Shown in pieces: positions 51,140-61,234 of a stretch of DNA of 64,000 nt. The DNA is from an uncultured Chloroflexia bacterium (GTDB lineage Bacteria > Chloroflexota > Anaerolineae > CG2-30-64-16). The notes under the pieces were generated by a model. That model worked only from the letters and a program-made list of their open reading frames with translations, was not told the DNA's origin and did not search any database. Every line of letters starts with the position of its first letter. Positions within the stretch are counted from its first letter, which is position 1. The stretch lies in assembly GCA_963841825.1 (NCBI GenBank), contig CAWJEL010000010.1:270762-334761 (forward strand). The letters run 5' to 3'. The translations under genes and the position numbers were made by a program.

Positions 51140-51379
51140 ATGGTAGGTAGAATAGGACCGAATCCCCCCGGCCCGGTGGGTGGAGTTGGCCGTGGAAATC
51201 CCCCTGGCCCTGTTGGTGGCGTTGGCCGCGGGCCGAATCCTCCCGGCCCTGTTGGTGGCGTTGGCCGCGGGCCGAATCCCCCAGGCCCTGTCGGCGGGAT
51301 TGGTCGGGGACCGAATCCGCCGGGGCCGGTTGGTGGGGTGGGCGTCGGGCGCCGCAACGGCGTCGGGCTGCTGCGGTAG
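51140..51379 (+). CDS. Small ORF encoding five tandem GPNPPGPVGGVGR repeats
   Basis: RBS gaggag 7 nt upstream of ATG 51140; MVGRIGPNPPGPVGGVGRGNPPGPVGGVGRGPNPPGPVGGVGRGPNPPGPVGGIGRGPNPPGPVGGVGVGRRNGVGLLR. Confidence 0.45.
   Translation: MVGRIGPNPPGPVGGVGRGNPPGPVGGVGRGPNPPGPVGGVGRGPNPPGPVGGIGRGPNPPGPVGGVGVGRRNGVGLLR
51156..51349 (+). repeat. 39-bp tandem repeat, 5 copies (one copy 36 bp), in-frame within small ORF
   Basis: Units gaccgaatccccccggcccggtgggtggagttggccgtg / gccgaatcctcccggccctgttggtggcgttggccgcgg etc. Confidence 0.8.
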
Positions 51380-51576
51380 TCGGCACGGCAGAACGCGGTG
51401 GGTGAGTTCGAAGTCAGGTGCAGGGGCGGGCGTCTTCACATTAGTGGATAGAGTTGGTCGTCGCGTCGTTGTCGCCGTGGAAAGCAAGACTATGATGACC
51501 ACGGCGAACCCGCCCCTATGCTCTAAATGGATCCGACTGCAACCAACGCGGTGTCGCTGGGGTCGGCCGCAGCGGA

Positions 51577-52874
51577 ATGCGGAGGAGATGGATCATGATT
51601 GATCCGCAAGCCAAACCGGCGCCGTATGTCAGGCTCATGGCGCTCGTCGTCGTGCTGGGCCTGGTCAGCGCCATGGTTACTTTCGCCTTCACGGTCCTCG
51701 TCCATCAAGGCACAGGGCTGATCTGGGAACAAGCCGCAGGGGCGCTGGGTATCGATCCGCGCCTCTTCACCGTCCTGGTGTGCGCCACCGGTGGCTTGCT
51801 GGTCGGGCTGTTGGTCAAGTTCTTCGGTGATCACAACGCCATCTTTGCCGACCTGATGCTTGAATTCGGCAAGACCGGACGCTTCAACTATCGCCACGCG
51901 CCCGGCATCGTGATCACAGCCTTTGTTTCGCTGATCTCCGGCGCCAGCCTCGGCCCCGAAGCGCCGCTGGCCGACGCCTGCGGCGGCATCGGCACCTGGA
52001 CCGCCGACCGGCTCAAGCTAAACGAGCAGGAAACGCGCACGCTGGGCTATTCCGGCGTCAGCGGCATGCTGCGTCTTTCATCACGGAGCCGATCGGCGGG
52101 GCGCTGCTGGGCCTGGAATCGGCGCAAGGCGGAACCAGCGGCAAGCAGACCTATTTCTGGGTGCTCTTCCCCAGCCTACTGGCCTCGGCCGTCGCCACGG
52201 TGGTCTTCGTCTTGCTGAGCGGGCACTTCTTCGCGACGTTGTACAAGTTTCCCGCTTATACGCCACGCCTGGTTGATCTGTTGTACGCTGCGCCGCTGGG
52301 GCTGATCGGCGGGGCGGTTGGCCTGCTGTTCATGCTCTCACTCCGGCGTCTGCAGCGGCTCTTCCAGCCCATGAAGACGCACGTCGTGCTGCGCGGGCTG
52401 CTCGGCGGCCTGGCCATGGGGCTCATCGGCGCGCTCCTGCCGCTGACGCTCTTTTCGGGCGAGTCGGAAACGGCTGACCTGATCACCCATGCGGCGGAGA
52501 TCGGCGTGGCGATGCTGATCGTGTTGGGGTTGGCCAAGCTGCTTGCCACCTCCCTGCTGCTCGCCACCGGTTGGAAAGGCGGCTACATCTTTCCCGTCAT
52601 GTTCAGCAGCGCTGCCTTGGGTCTGGCGGTGAGCCTCGTATTGCCCGGCATTCCGGTTGCAGTCGCCGTCGCGGCCACGATGGGCGGCGCGCTCGTCGCG
52701 ACTTTAAGGGCGCCACTGTTTGCGGTGCTCTTTACGTTGATCCTGGTGCAAAAGGAAACCGCGGCCGTGATCGCAGTTGCCGTGGTGGTGAGCGCCTTGC
52801 TGACCGCACTGCTGGCGTTGCGCACCGCCCGCCGCGCCAGCTCCCTGACGCCGACAAAGGATGGAGAGGTATAA
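51577..52874 (+). CDS. ClC family voltage-gated chloride channel/transporter (apparent frameshift near 52060-52170)
   Basis: GASLGPEAP (GxxxGxEGP-type selectivity motif) in ORF 51577..; GWKGGYIFPVMFSSAALG (GxFxP) in ORF 52161..52874. Confidence 0.75.
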
Positions 52875-52968
52875 TGAGACTGCGGCAAATTGGCGCAGGT
52901 TGCTTGACATGGTTTGTCACCGAGATGGAGCATCTAAGCCCAGCGTTTGAATGTAGGAGGAAAACAAA

Positions 52969-54012
52969 ATGACGAACAGCGATCCCACGTCCCTGCCGGC
53001 GCCCGCATTTCTCGGCGGAACGAAGGCGATCACCATGACTCCGGTCGTCGGCACGCCGCGACGGCAGTACGCCGAGATGTTCATCCCAGGCGAAGAGGCG
53101 CTCGAGGACGGCGAGCTGCGCGTGACGGTGCTCGGCAGCGGCAATCCCTGGAACACGCGCGCTCAAGCCTCAGCCAGCATCCTCGTCGAGGTCGGCAACC
53201 CTGAGCGCGACCTCCTGGTTTTTGACCTCGGGAGCGGCTGCCTCGCGAACTATGCGAGTCTGAAATTGCCGGTCAACAAGCTCAACAAGGTGTTCCTGAC
53301 CCACCTTCACGCTGACCACATGAGTGACCTGATCACGCTCTCGGGCAGTTGGTCGAAGGTGGGGCGGGCGGACGGGCCGGTCTACGTGTGGGGCCCAAGC
53401 GGGACCGAGCCTCGCCTGGGCACGCGGCACTTCGTCGAGTCGATCGTGGAATCGCTGGCATGGGACACCGCAGCCGGGGGTGGCGCCATCAACCCGGACA
53501 GCATGAAGATCGTGGCGTCCGAGTTCGACTTCAGCCAGACCCAAGTGGTCTACGAGCAGAACGGCGTCAGGGTGACATCGTTTCCCGTCGTCCACGTGCG
53601 CTGAGCGGCGCTGTCGGCTATCGCCTCGATTTCGCCGGCTTGTCGTTCGCCTTCTCGGGCGACACGCGTGCCTGCTGGCCGCTGGTGCGGGCCTGCGAAG
53701 GCGTTGATCTGCTCATCCACGAATGCTTCCCGCCTGCCGCTGCGCTCGCGGCCGCATCGCGGACTCTCCATCGAGCGGGCAATGATCGCACTGAATGCCG
53801 CGCACACGTCGCCGAAGGCCGTCGGTAAGGTGTTCGGGCTCGCGAAGCCGCGCGTGGCCGGCCTCTGGCACACGCTTTTGGCGCCTCAGGTCATCTCCTT
53901 GCTCTTCTCGGAGCTTAGGACGGTGTATAACGGCCCCGTTGTCCAGACTCAGGACCTGACGGTGTTCAACGTTACGAAGGAGGCGGTGGTCGTGCGCGCC
54001 AAGCGCAGGTGA
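52969..54012 (+). CDS. MBL-fold metallo-hydrolase (RNase Z-like/beta-lactamase superfamily); two apparent frameshifts
   Basis: LTHLHADHMSDL metal-binding motif; continuation in ORFs 53349..53828 and 53668..54012. Confidence 0.65.
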
Positions 54013-54132
54013 TGCCCCAGTTGCCGCCGATTCCAGGTGTGCAACGTGCGGCTTTCAAGCCCGTCGCGGTGCCGCCTCCCGATTGGTGGGCAGAGGCGCT
54101 CATCCCACTCGACTGAGTCTGGCAACCGATCG

Positions 54133-54181
54133 CCTCCCTGACCTGTTACTCTGACCGAAAGGTGAGTGGCAGGTCAGGGAG
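54133..54181 (+). terminator. Hairpin ctccctgacctg / caggtcagggag (12-bp perfect stem, 24-nt loop) downstream of MBL gene
   Basis: Perfect inverted repeat; no U-tract. Confidence 0.35.
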
Positions 54182-54419
54182 CATTGCTCCATCCCTCCCG
54201 GAGACGGAGTAGCCCATATTCTGCAGGTCACGATTCCGGCTCACGTCAGGACGCAGAGGCGCGAGGTGGAATCTCGTTGTGTTCTTTGCCTGAGGTTCGG
54301 ACGAAGCTTCGGACATCGGATCGAACGCTCTCAACATCACCATCCCTCCGCCCGAAGTTCGATCTTAGCACCTTGACGTGCGATTCGCGATTTATCGATA
54401 CTACGAAACAGGAGTTCCT

Positions 54420-56027
54420 ATGTCTTCATCGCCACCCACCCCCACAGGCATTGCCCGGTTCATTCCTGGTCTGGCCCTCATCAAGGGGTTCAGCCCCGCG
54501 TCTGTTCAGCACCGAGTTCGTCGTGGCCATCACGGTGTTTGCGGTGCTCGTGCCCTGGCGATGGCCTACGGCGACCTCGCCGGCGTCACGCCCGTCGCAG
54601 GGCTGTATGTGGCGCTCGGCGCCATGGTGATGTACGCGCTGTTTGGCACCTCCAAGCAAGTCATCATGGGACCCGAAGCGACGGCCGCGATCATGACCGG
54701 CCGCCGCCGTGGCGCCGCTGGCCGGCGGCGATGCCGTGCGCTACGCCGCGCTCGCCGCATTGCTCGCGCTCCTCGTCGGCATCCTTTCCTTGCTCGCCCG
54801 CGTGGCGCGGCTGGGGTTCATCACCGACCTCTTGTCCAAGCCGGTGCTGGTCGGCTACATTCTCGGCGCGACGCTGATCGTTATCGGCAGCCAATTCGGC
54901 AAAATGTTCGGCATCAAGCTCCAGAGCGACAAGTTCTTCCAGCAGGTGGTGGAACTCATCAGCCGCCTCGACGAGGCGCACCTGCTGACCGTGGCCATCG
55001 GCGTCATCTGCATGGCGGCGCTGCTCATCATGCGCCGCGTGAGTCGTAGATCCCCGGTCCGCTCATCGTCGTCGTCGGCGCCATTATCGCCTCCGCTGTG
55101 CTCGGCTGGGAGGCCAAGGGGGTCGCCGTCGTCGGCGCGGTGCCGGCCGGACTGCCCAAGCTAACGGTCCCCGCGGTCACGGTGCAAGATGTCTTTGCGC
55201 TGCTGCCTGCCGCCCTGGCGCTCACCATCCTGATCTATGCCGATGACGATCCTGACCTCGCGCGTCTTTGCCGCGAAACACGGTCAGAAGATCTGACGCC
55301 GATCAGGAATTCGTCGCGCTCGGCATGGCCAACATCGGCGCGGGCTTCCTGATGGGGTTCCCGGCCGCGCTCAGCGCCTCGCGCACGACCGTCAACGATC
55401 AGATGGGCGGCAAAACGCAATGGGTCGGCCTGATTGCCACAGTGCTCACCATCATCTTCCTGCTCTTTCTCACCCCGCTGCTGGCGCCACTGCCCACCGT
55501 GGCGTTGGGCGCGATCATCATCGTCGCTTCGCTCGGCTTGATCGACATCGCGGCGTTCCGCTTCCTGCGGCAGGTGCGTCCTGCCGAGTTCTGGCTGGCG
55601 GTAGTGACCGCGCTGGGGGTGCTGATCGTCGGCGTGCTGGCGGGCATCCTCGTCGCCGTGGTGCTGTCGCTGATTATGCTTCTATATCGCATGGCGCGGC
55701 CGCACGATGCGCTGCTGGACGATGTAGATGTGGCCGGCGGCACGGTGTATCGCGGGGTCGCCGACAAAGAGACGGTGATGACCGAGCCGGGCCTGATCGT
55801 CTACCGTTTCGATGCGCCGTTGGTGTTTGCCGAACGCGGCGTACTTCACCGATCGCCTGACAGCGCTGGTCGCCAACGCCGGCGCGGGGTTGAAGTGTGT
55901 CATCCTCGACGCGGAACCGATCAGCGATTTCGACTCGACCGCGGCGGAGGCGTTGGAGAACCTGGATGCCGACCTGGAGCGGGCCGGCGCCGACTTGTGG
56001 ATCGCGCGCGAATGCGCCGCTGCGTGA
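54420..56027 (+). CDS. SulP family anion permease with STAS domain, paralog 3; at least four apparent frameshifts (possible pseudogene or low-quality sequence)
   Basis: Pieces in ORFs 54378..55049, 54709..55164, 55098..55352, 55268..56035, 55812..56027; ALAMAYGDLAGVTPVAGLYVALGAMVMYALFGTSKQ; STAS-like C-terminus. Confidence 0.6.
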
Positions 56028-56180
56028 ACTATTGACCGCGACGGAACTGACGAAACGGCTTGGCGAGGAGCACCTCTTTCCTTCAGTGCGCGCAGCCGTG
56101 GTGGCGTATCACGCACAATTCGGTACGACTTAGCGTCTCCGGTGAAGACCTTTAGGGTCTGCGAGACCCTAAAGGTCTGG

Positions 56181-58950
56181 CTATCCCAGCGGGCCGGATG
56201 GGGAGACAGAGGGGATTACGCCGAGCGCAACGGCCGCGGCGATGGCGTCCTGGCGGCTGTGTACGCCGAACTTCTGGTAGATGTTGGCACGATGGCGCTT
56301 CACCGTCTGGTCAGACAGCACCAGTTTTCGCGCAATTTCCTGGGCGGTCATGCGCTGCGCCAGCAGCTCCAGCACCTCCAGTTCGCGCCGGGTGAGGGGT
56401 TCGATCATGCCTGGCTGCGGGATCGGCGATGCGGCGGGCTGAGGCTGTGCGCTGGCACGCTGCACGGCGAAGGCCCGCAAGATTTCCTCGACATAGTCAC
56501 GGGCCGCGCGCAACGTTCGCAGCACCCCGTGCGGCCAGCCGTCCCAGCAGATCGGCCATGTTCGGCCCCAGGTCAACGAAGACGCGCATGAAGCCGCCGG
56601 GCTGCGCCAGGGTCACGGCTTGTGCCAGGGCTGCGAGCGCGTTTGGCTCGTTCCCTTCCGCGTGGTGAAGCAACGCCTCTAACGCCAACACCTCGATGGT
56701 GAAGCGCGTGTTGTGGATGGATGTGACGAACACGTGCAGCCGGGAGAGCGACTCGGCGGCCTGCTCCCGGCTGGCAGACGTGTCCTGTGCCAGCAGGATC
56801 TTCGGCAGCGCCAGTTGCGGCGCGTAGAAGTATCCGCATCGTCGTAAATGGCACATGGGATCCGATCGTTGTCGCCCAATGGTTGGCCGCGGCGAGATCG
56901 CCTTGCTCGCGGCCAACTCTACCTGGAACGCCTGCGCCAGCGGCAGGAACCCGTCGCTGCGGGTCTCCCCTATGAAATCGAAGACCAGATCGAGCTTCTG
57001 TCGCGCCTGGTCCGGCAGGCCACGCGCCTGGCAGATCGACGCGTAGATGAATGCGCTCTGCACGTAAGCCATCGGTCTGGCCACATAGCGATGTTCCTCC
57101 ACAGCCCTTGCGTGAGCCTCGGCAGCCGGCAAATCGTTGCGCTGGTAGGCGGCGCTGCCAAGCAGGTAGTGGGCCCAACCCGATGATTCGCGACGCCCGT
57201 ATGTCTCGCCCACAACAAGTACATGGGCCGCCCCCGCGGCATCGCTTGCAAATCGCCCGCCACCCACACGATGAAGCAACGTGAGCCCGCTACCCGTGCC
57301 CGTACCGCGCCATTCTGCGCCACATCCTCTGGCTCGCCTTCGGCCAGCGCGGCATAGGCCCGATCGAGTCTGCCAACCATCTGATGGGTGACAGCCAGAT
57401 ACAACCAAGCTGAAGAGCGCACGTAATACCACCGCGCGGCGTCGTGGCGAGCACCCGCCGCACGAGCGCGATCACGTTTTCGGGATCATTGACTGCTTCG
57501 CAGGCCTCGAATGGCGCGCAGGGTGTCGATTTCGCCGCGCAAGTGAAGGGCGTGTTCCGGCTGATCCACCATCTCCGCGGTGAGATTGTCGGCGCGGTCG
57601 ACCAGATCCAACACTTGCGAAGCGTTGAACCCTCCCAATCGGGCCTTCCAGGCGGCCATCGAGCAGCAGATCCGGGTGCGTGCGACCATCTCTGCTGGAA
57701 ACATGCGGAGTGCCGCGTTCGTGGAGCTGCCATTGTTCGGTGTCCATCAAAGCGTGGCGATGCTCGGCCATCAGGCGGACTGCCGCCGGCGTGTCATGTC
57801 CCAGCAGCGCGTGCTGCAACGCCTCCTCAAGCGAGCCCTGACGAGCGAACCAGGCGCTCGCCAGGTCGTGAAGCTCCGCGATCTCGCCGGCATCGTGCCG
57901 TCGCTCCAGCCGCTGCTGCAAGAAACTGCGAAAGAGATGGTGGTAACGATACCAGCGGCGCTCGCTGTCCAGGGATACGATGAACAGGTTGTTCTGCTCC
58001 AGCCACTCCAGGGGAGTCCGGGCATTATCTTCAAATGCCTCGCGGCCGAGCAGGGCTGCGCACAACGGGCCGCACATCCGGTCGAGGATCGCGGTCTTCA
58101 GCAGAAAGTCCACGATCTCGGGCGGCGTCTGCGCGAGCACTTCGCTCAGCAGGTAATCGGTCAGATTGCGGTTGCGCTCCAGAGCCCGCAATTCGGCAAT
58201 CCTGCTGTTCGCATCGGGGCTGTAGCGCAGTGTCACCGCCGCCAGACGCAGGCTCGTGATCCAGCCTTCCGTCTGCTCCGCCAACGCAGCAATCGCTTCC
58301 GCGGGAAGCGGAGATTCGAGCGCATTCCGCATGAAGGCTGCGATTTCGTCTGCCGAGAAACGCAGTTCGGAGAGGCGGACCTCGTTCATCTGGTTGCGCG
58401 CCAGAAGGACGCTATGGGGCAGCGGCGGGTCTTTACGCGTGATGAGCACCAGATGCATGTGCTGCGTCGGGGGCTGCAGGAGGGCGTTTAGCAGGTCGTG
58501 GATTTCTGGCCTGTGGCTCGTGTGGTAGTCGTCCAGCACCATGACGAAGTCGCGGTCGAGTTCGTCCAACTCATTGATCAGGCTGCCGGCGAGCACGCCG
58601 ATCGGAGGCAGGTTAGCGGCAGCCAGCAGCGCTTGCGTCCGCTGGAGCGCGCCGGGAAAAATCGTCTGAATGGCAGTCACAAAGTAGGCCAGGAATACGC
58701 CGAGATCGTCGATGCTTTCATCTAACGTCAGCCACGCGCTGGGCCGCTCGCAACGGCTCAACCAGGAACTCACCAAAACGGACTTGCCGTAGCCGGCCGG
58801 CGCCGAAACCAGGGTCAAGGGGCGATCCAGGCCGCGCTTAATCTGGTCGATGAGGCGCGGGCGATCGACCAGGTCGCTGGGAAGAGACGGCCGGTAGAAT
58901 TTAGTGCGTATCAGCATGGAAGATGTTGGCGTTGTACTCGCTGACTTCAC
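56181..58950 (-). CDS. MalT-like STAND NTPase / LuxR-family transcriptional regulator, paralog 3 (two or more apparent frameshifts)
   Basis: N-terminal ORF 57472..58950 with P-loop LTLVSAPAGYGKSVLVSSWL; middle ORF 56497..57432; C-terminal LuxR HTH in ORF 56181..56576 (LTRRELEVLELLAQRMTAQEIARKLVLSDQTVKRHRANIYQKFGV). Confidence 0.75.
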
Positions 58951-59238
58951 TCAGCTCTCCATTTGAGGTGCGATTTTGCAAGAGAGCGGGAGCGAGCAAC
59001 AAAAACCCGTTTCGGCATGAAACGCATTATAGGCGAAGATTCATGGGCGGGCAAAACTATCCGCGGATGAAATACACCTTCTTCTACATCCCGAATCTCT
59101 GGGGTCTGGTCGTGCCCCGCTCGATGGCGTATGCTTCCAATAGGCCACGATTCGATGTGCGCATTTTGTTCAGCGAACGGAAGGGTCTAACTTGCCGATT
59201 TTCACCACTCAATACTCAATCGCAAGCCGGAGATTGCC

Positions 59239-59505
59239 ATGCCAATCCCAAAATGTTTCACCTTCGATACACCGGCCGTTTATCGGATCGGCGTTCAGGG
59301 ATGTCTGGACAAAAGCTGGTCCAATCGCATGAACAGCGTCGATATCCGCGTGCGGAACCGGCCGGATGGCGCGTCGGTGAGTGTGCTTACCGGCCGCTTC
59401 ATCGATCAGGCGGCGCTGGCTGGCGTCCTTAATACCCTCTATGATTTGGGTTTCCCGCTGCTCAAAGTTGAACTGCTTGAAACCAAACCTTTGGGAAAGG
59501 CTTGA
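59239..59505 (+). CDS. Conserved ~90-aa protein associated with MalT-like regulators (paralog 3)
   Basis: YRIGVQGCLDKSWSNRMNSVDIRVRNRPDGASVSVLTGRFIDQAALAGVLNTLYDLGFPLLKVELL. Confidence 0.65.
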   Translation: MPIPKCFTFDTPAVYRIGVQGCLDKSWSNRMNSVDIRVRNRPDGASVSVLTGRFIDQAALAGVLNTLYDLGFPLLKVELLETKPLGKA

Positions 59506-59567
59506 AGCGTGAGGTGAGGCGATCTGAGCAGGCGCATATAACCATTCATCTCGAAAGGAGAGTTTCA

Positions 59568-59999
59568 ATGACTTACGGCCCTATCGACTTAATCGCACTG
59601 GAGTTCCCCGGCAATCGCTTCCGGGGTGAGATCCTGCCTGAGCTGTTTGAACTGGTCGAGAAGGAGATCATCCGCATCATCGACTTGGTCATCATCATCA
59701 AAGATCAGGGCGAGGTCATCGTCCGCGAGCTCCGCGAGCTCGATCCCGAGCATATGGCGATGTTCGACCCGCTGAAGGCCGATGTGAGCCAGATGATCAC
59801 GGACGGCGACATCGCCATGATTGCCGGGCAGCTCGCCGACAACAGCACCGCCGGGATCATGCTGATCGAGAACCTGTGGGCGAAAAAGACCAAGCAGGCC
59901 ATGTTGGACGCCAACGGCCGGCTGGTGGCGTTCGAGCGTATCCCGCATGACGTCGTGGAAGAAGCGGTGGAAGAGATCGCCGCGCTCGCCGTGGCGTAG
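59568..59999 (+). CDS. Conserved 143-aa protein of unknown function (paralog of 44259..44690, ~85% nt identity)
   Basis: RBS gaaaggagag; MTYGPIDLIALEFPGNRFRGEILPELFELVEKEIIRIIDLVIIIKDQGEV... Confidence 0.7.
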   Translation: MTYGPIDLIALEFPGNRFRGEILPELFELVEKEIIRIIDLVIIIKDQGEVIVRELRELDPEHMAMFDPLKADVSQMITDGDIAMIAGQLADNSTAGIMLIENLWAKKTKQAMLDANGRLVAFERIPHDVVEEAVEEIAALAVA

Positions 60000-60071
60000 G
60001 CACGACAACTATTTTCCGAGCGCTTCCACAGGGAGCCGCCGGAGCCAATGACGACTATCAGGAGGATCACT

Positions 60072-60417
60072 ATGATGCGAAGACGAGGGGCGCCACTGAT
60101 GCGCGCCGCAGCCACGACCGCGGTGGTTGCCGGGACAGCGGGCGCTGTCCACCATCACCAACAGCAGAAGTATGCCGGCCAAGAGGCGGCCGTTCAGCAA
60201 CAGCAAGACATGGCCTATCAGCAGGGCATGGCTGACGCGCAGGCCCAGCAACAACAGATCCGCGCCGCCGCCGCAGTATGCGCCCGCTCCCGCGCCGGCG
60301 CCCGCGGCTGCGCCGGACCTGACGGCCCAGTTGCAGCAGTTGGCGCAGTTGCACACTGCCGGCGTGTTGAGCGACGAGGAGTTCGCCGCGGCCAAGCAGA
60401 AGCTGCTGGCGGGTTGA
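60072..60417 (+). CDS. Arg-rich/TM/Gln-rich/SHOCT-like small protein, paralog of 44767..45102 (apparent frameshift near 60250-60300)
   Basis: RBS aggagga; MMRRRGAPLMRAAATTAVVAGTAG... N-terminus in ORF 60048..; SHOCT-like C-terminus identical to copy 1 in ORF 60127..60417. Confidence 0.6.
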
Positions 60418-60613
60418 CGCTGGCGGGTCGACAATTACCGTTCCCTTGCGTGTCTTCGTTTGCGCGAACGGAGGCGCACAAGGGAGCAACGGGTTAGCGA
60501 TTTAAGTCAGTCATGGCAGCGGCAGGCTCAAGCTGTGTTATAATAGGGCCATCGTTGCCAGACGATCCATGCAACTATCTCCTATTTTAGCTTGAAAAGG
60601 AAAGGGTAGAAGA

Positions 60614-60955
60614 ATGAGATCCAACAACAACTCAGGGTGTTTGACCGCTTTCGTCTCAGGTTTCTCACGCATCATGCTGCTCATGGCCTGGATCGCCCGG
60701 CCGGTAATGATGGACGCCACCTTCAGTTCGTTCATCATCCCGTGTCTCGGCTTCATGTTCCTGCCGTTCACGACGCTGATGTACGTCTTCCTCATGCAGG
60801 GTGTCGGCACGCTCCAGGGCCTGGACTGGCTGTGGCTGTTCCTGGCGGTCATCATGGACATCGCCAGCATCGGCGCCGCCGGCGTATCCAACCGCAATCG
60901 CATCCCTGCCGGCTATCCTGGCTCGTACCCGCAGGACCCGGGGACGCCGCAATAG
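60614..60955 (+). CDS. Small polytopic membrane protein, paralog of 45181..45621
   Basis: MRSNNNSGCLTAFVSGFSRIMLLMAWIARPVMMD... near-identical N-terminal 100 aa to 45181 copy. Confidence 0.65.
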   Translation: MRSNNNSGCLTAFVSGFSRIMLLMAWIARPVMMDATFSSFIIPCLGFMFLPFTTLMYVFLMQGVGTLQGLDWLWLFLAVIMDIASIGAAGVSNRNRIPAGYPGSYPQDPGTPQ

Positions 60956-61026
60956 TAGATGACGGCTCTCGCGCCTGCCCGCGCTGGGCAGGCAGACGAC
61001 GCCTAATCGGTCACTACGCTGAGAAT

Positions 61027-61093
61027 CACCGCAGAGAACGTGAAGAACGCAGACATGTCAAAGTTTCTGCAATCTCTGCGACCTCTGCGGTGA
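61027..61093 (+). terminator. Hairpin caccgcagag / ctctgcggtg downstream of membrane-protein gene
   Basis: 10-bp perfect inverted repeat ending ...cctctgcggtgag, same 3' motif as other terminator-like palindromes. Confidence 0.45.
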
Positions 61094-61234
61094 GTTTTGC
61101 GTCGTAGCGCCTGTGACACCGCGTGCGGCGTGGCTATCTGCCTCAAGGTCGTGACGCGTTCACGGAAAACAGTTCCGTCATTTGGGCTCGTAACTTGATC
61201 CGGCCAGGTGTTCAAGTCGATCTGAAAGGAGTGT

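Noticed and set aside
51156-51349. Regularly repeated 39-bp units that could superficially suggest a CRISPR array
   Set aside because: Units are contiguous with no spacers, near-identical, in-frame and coding for a Gly/Pro-rich peptide. This is a tandem repeat, not CRISPR.
54133-54181. 12-bp perfect hairpin considered as possible attachment or recombination site
   Set aside because: Single copy in the window, no flanking integrase or direct repeats. Listed as a terminator-like structure only.
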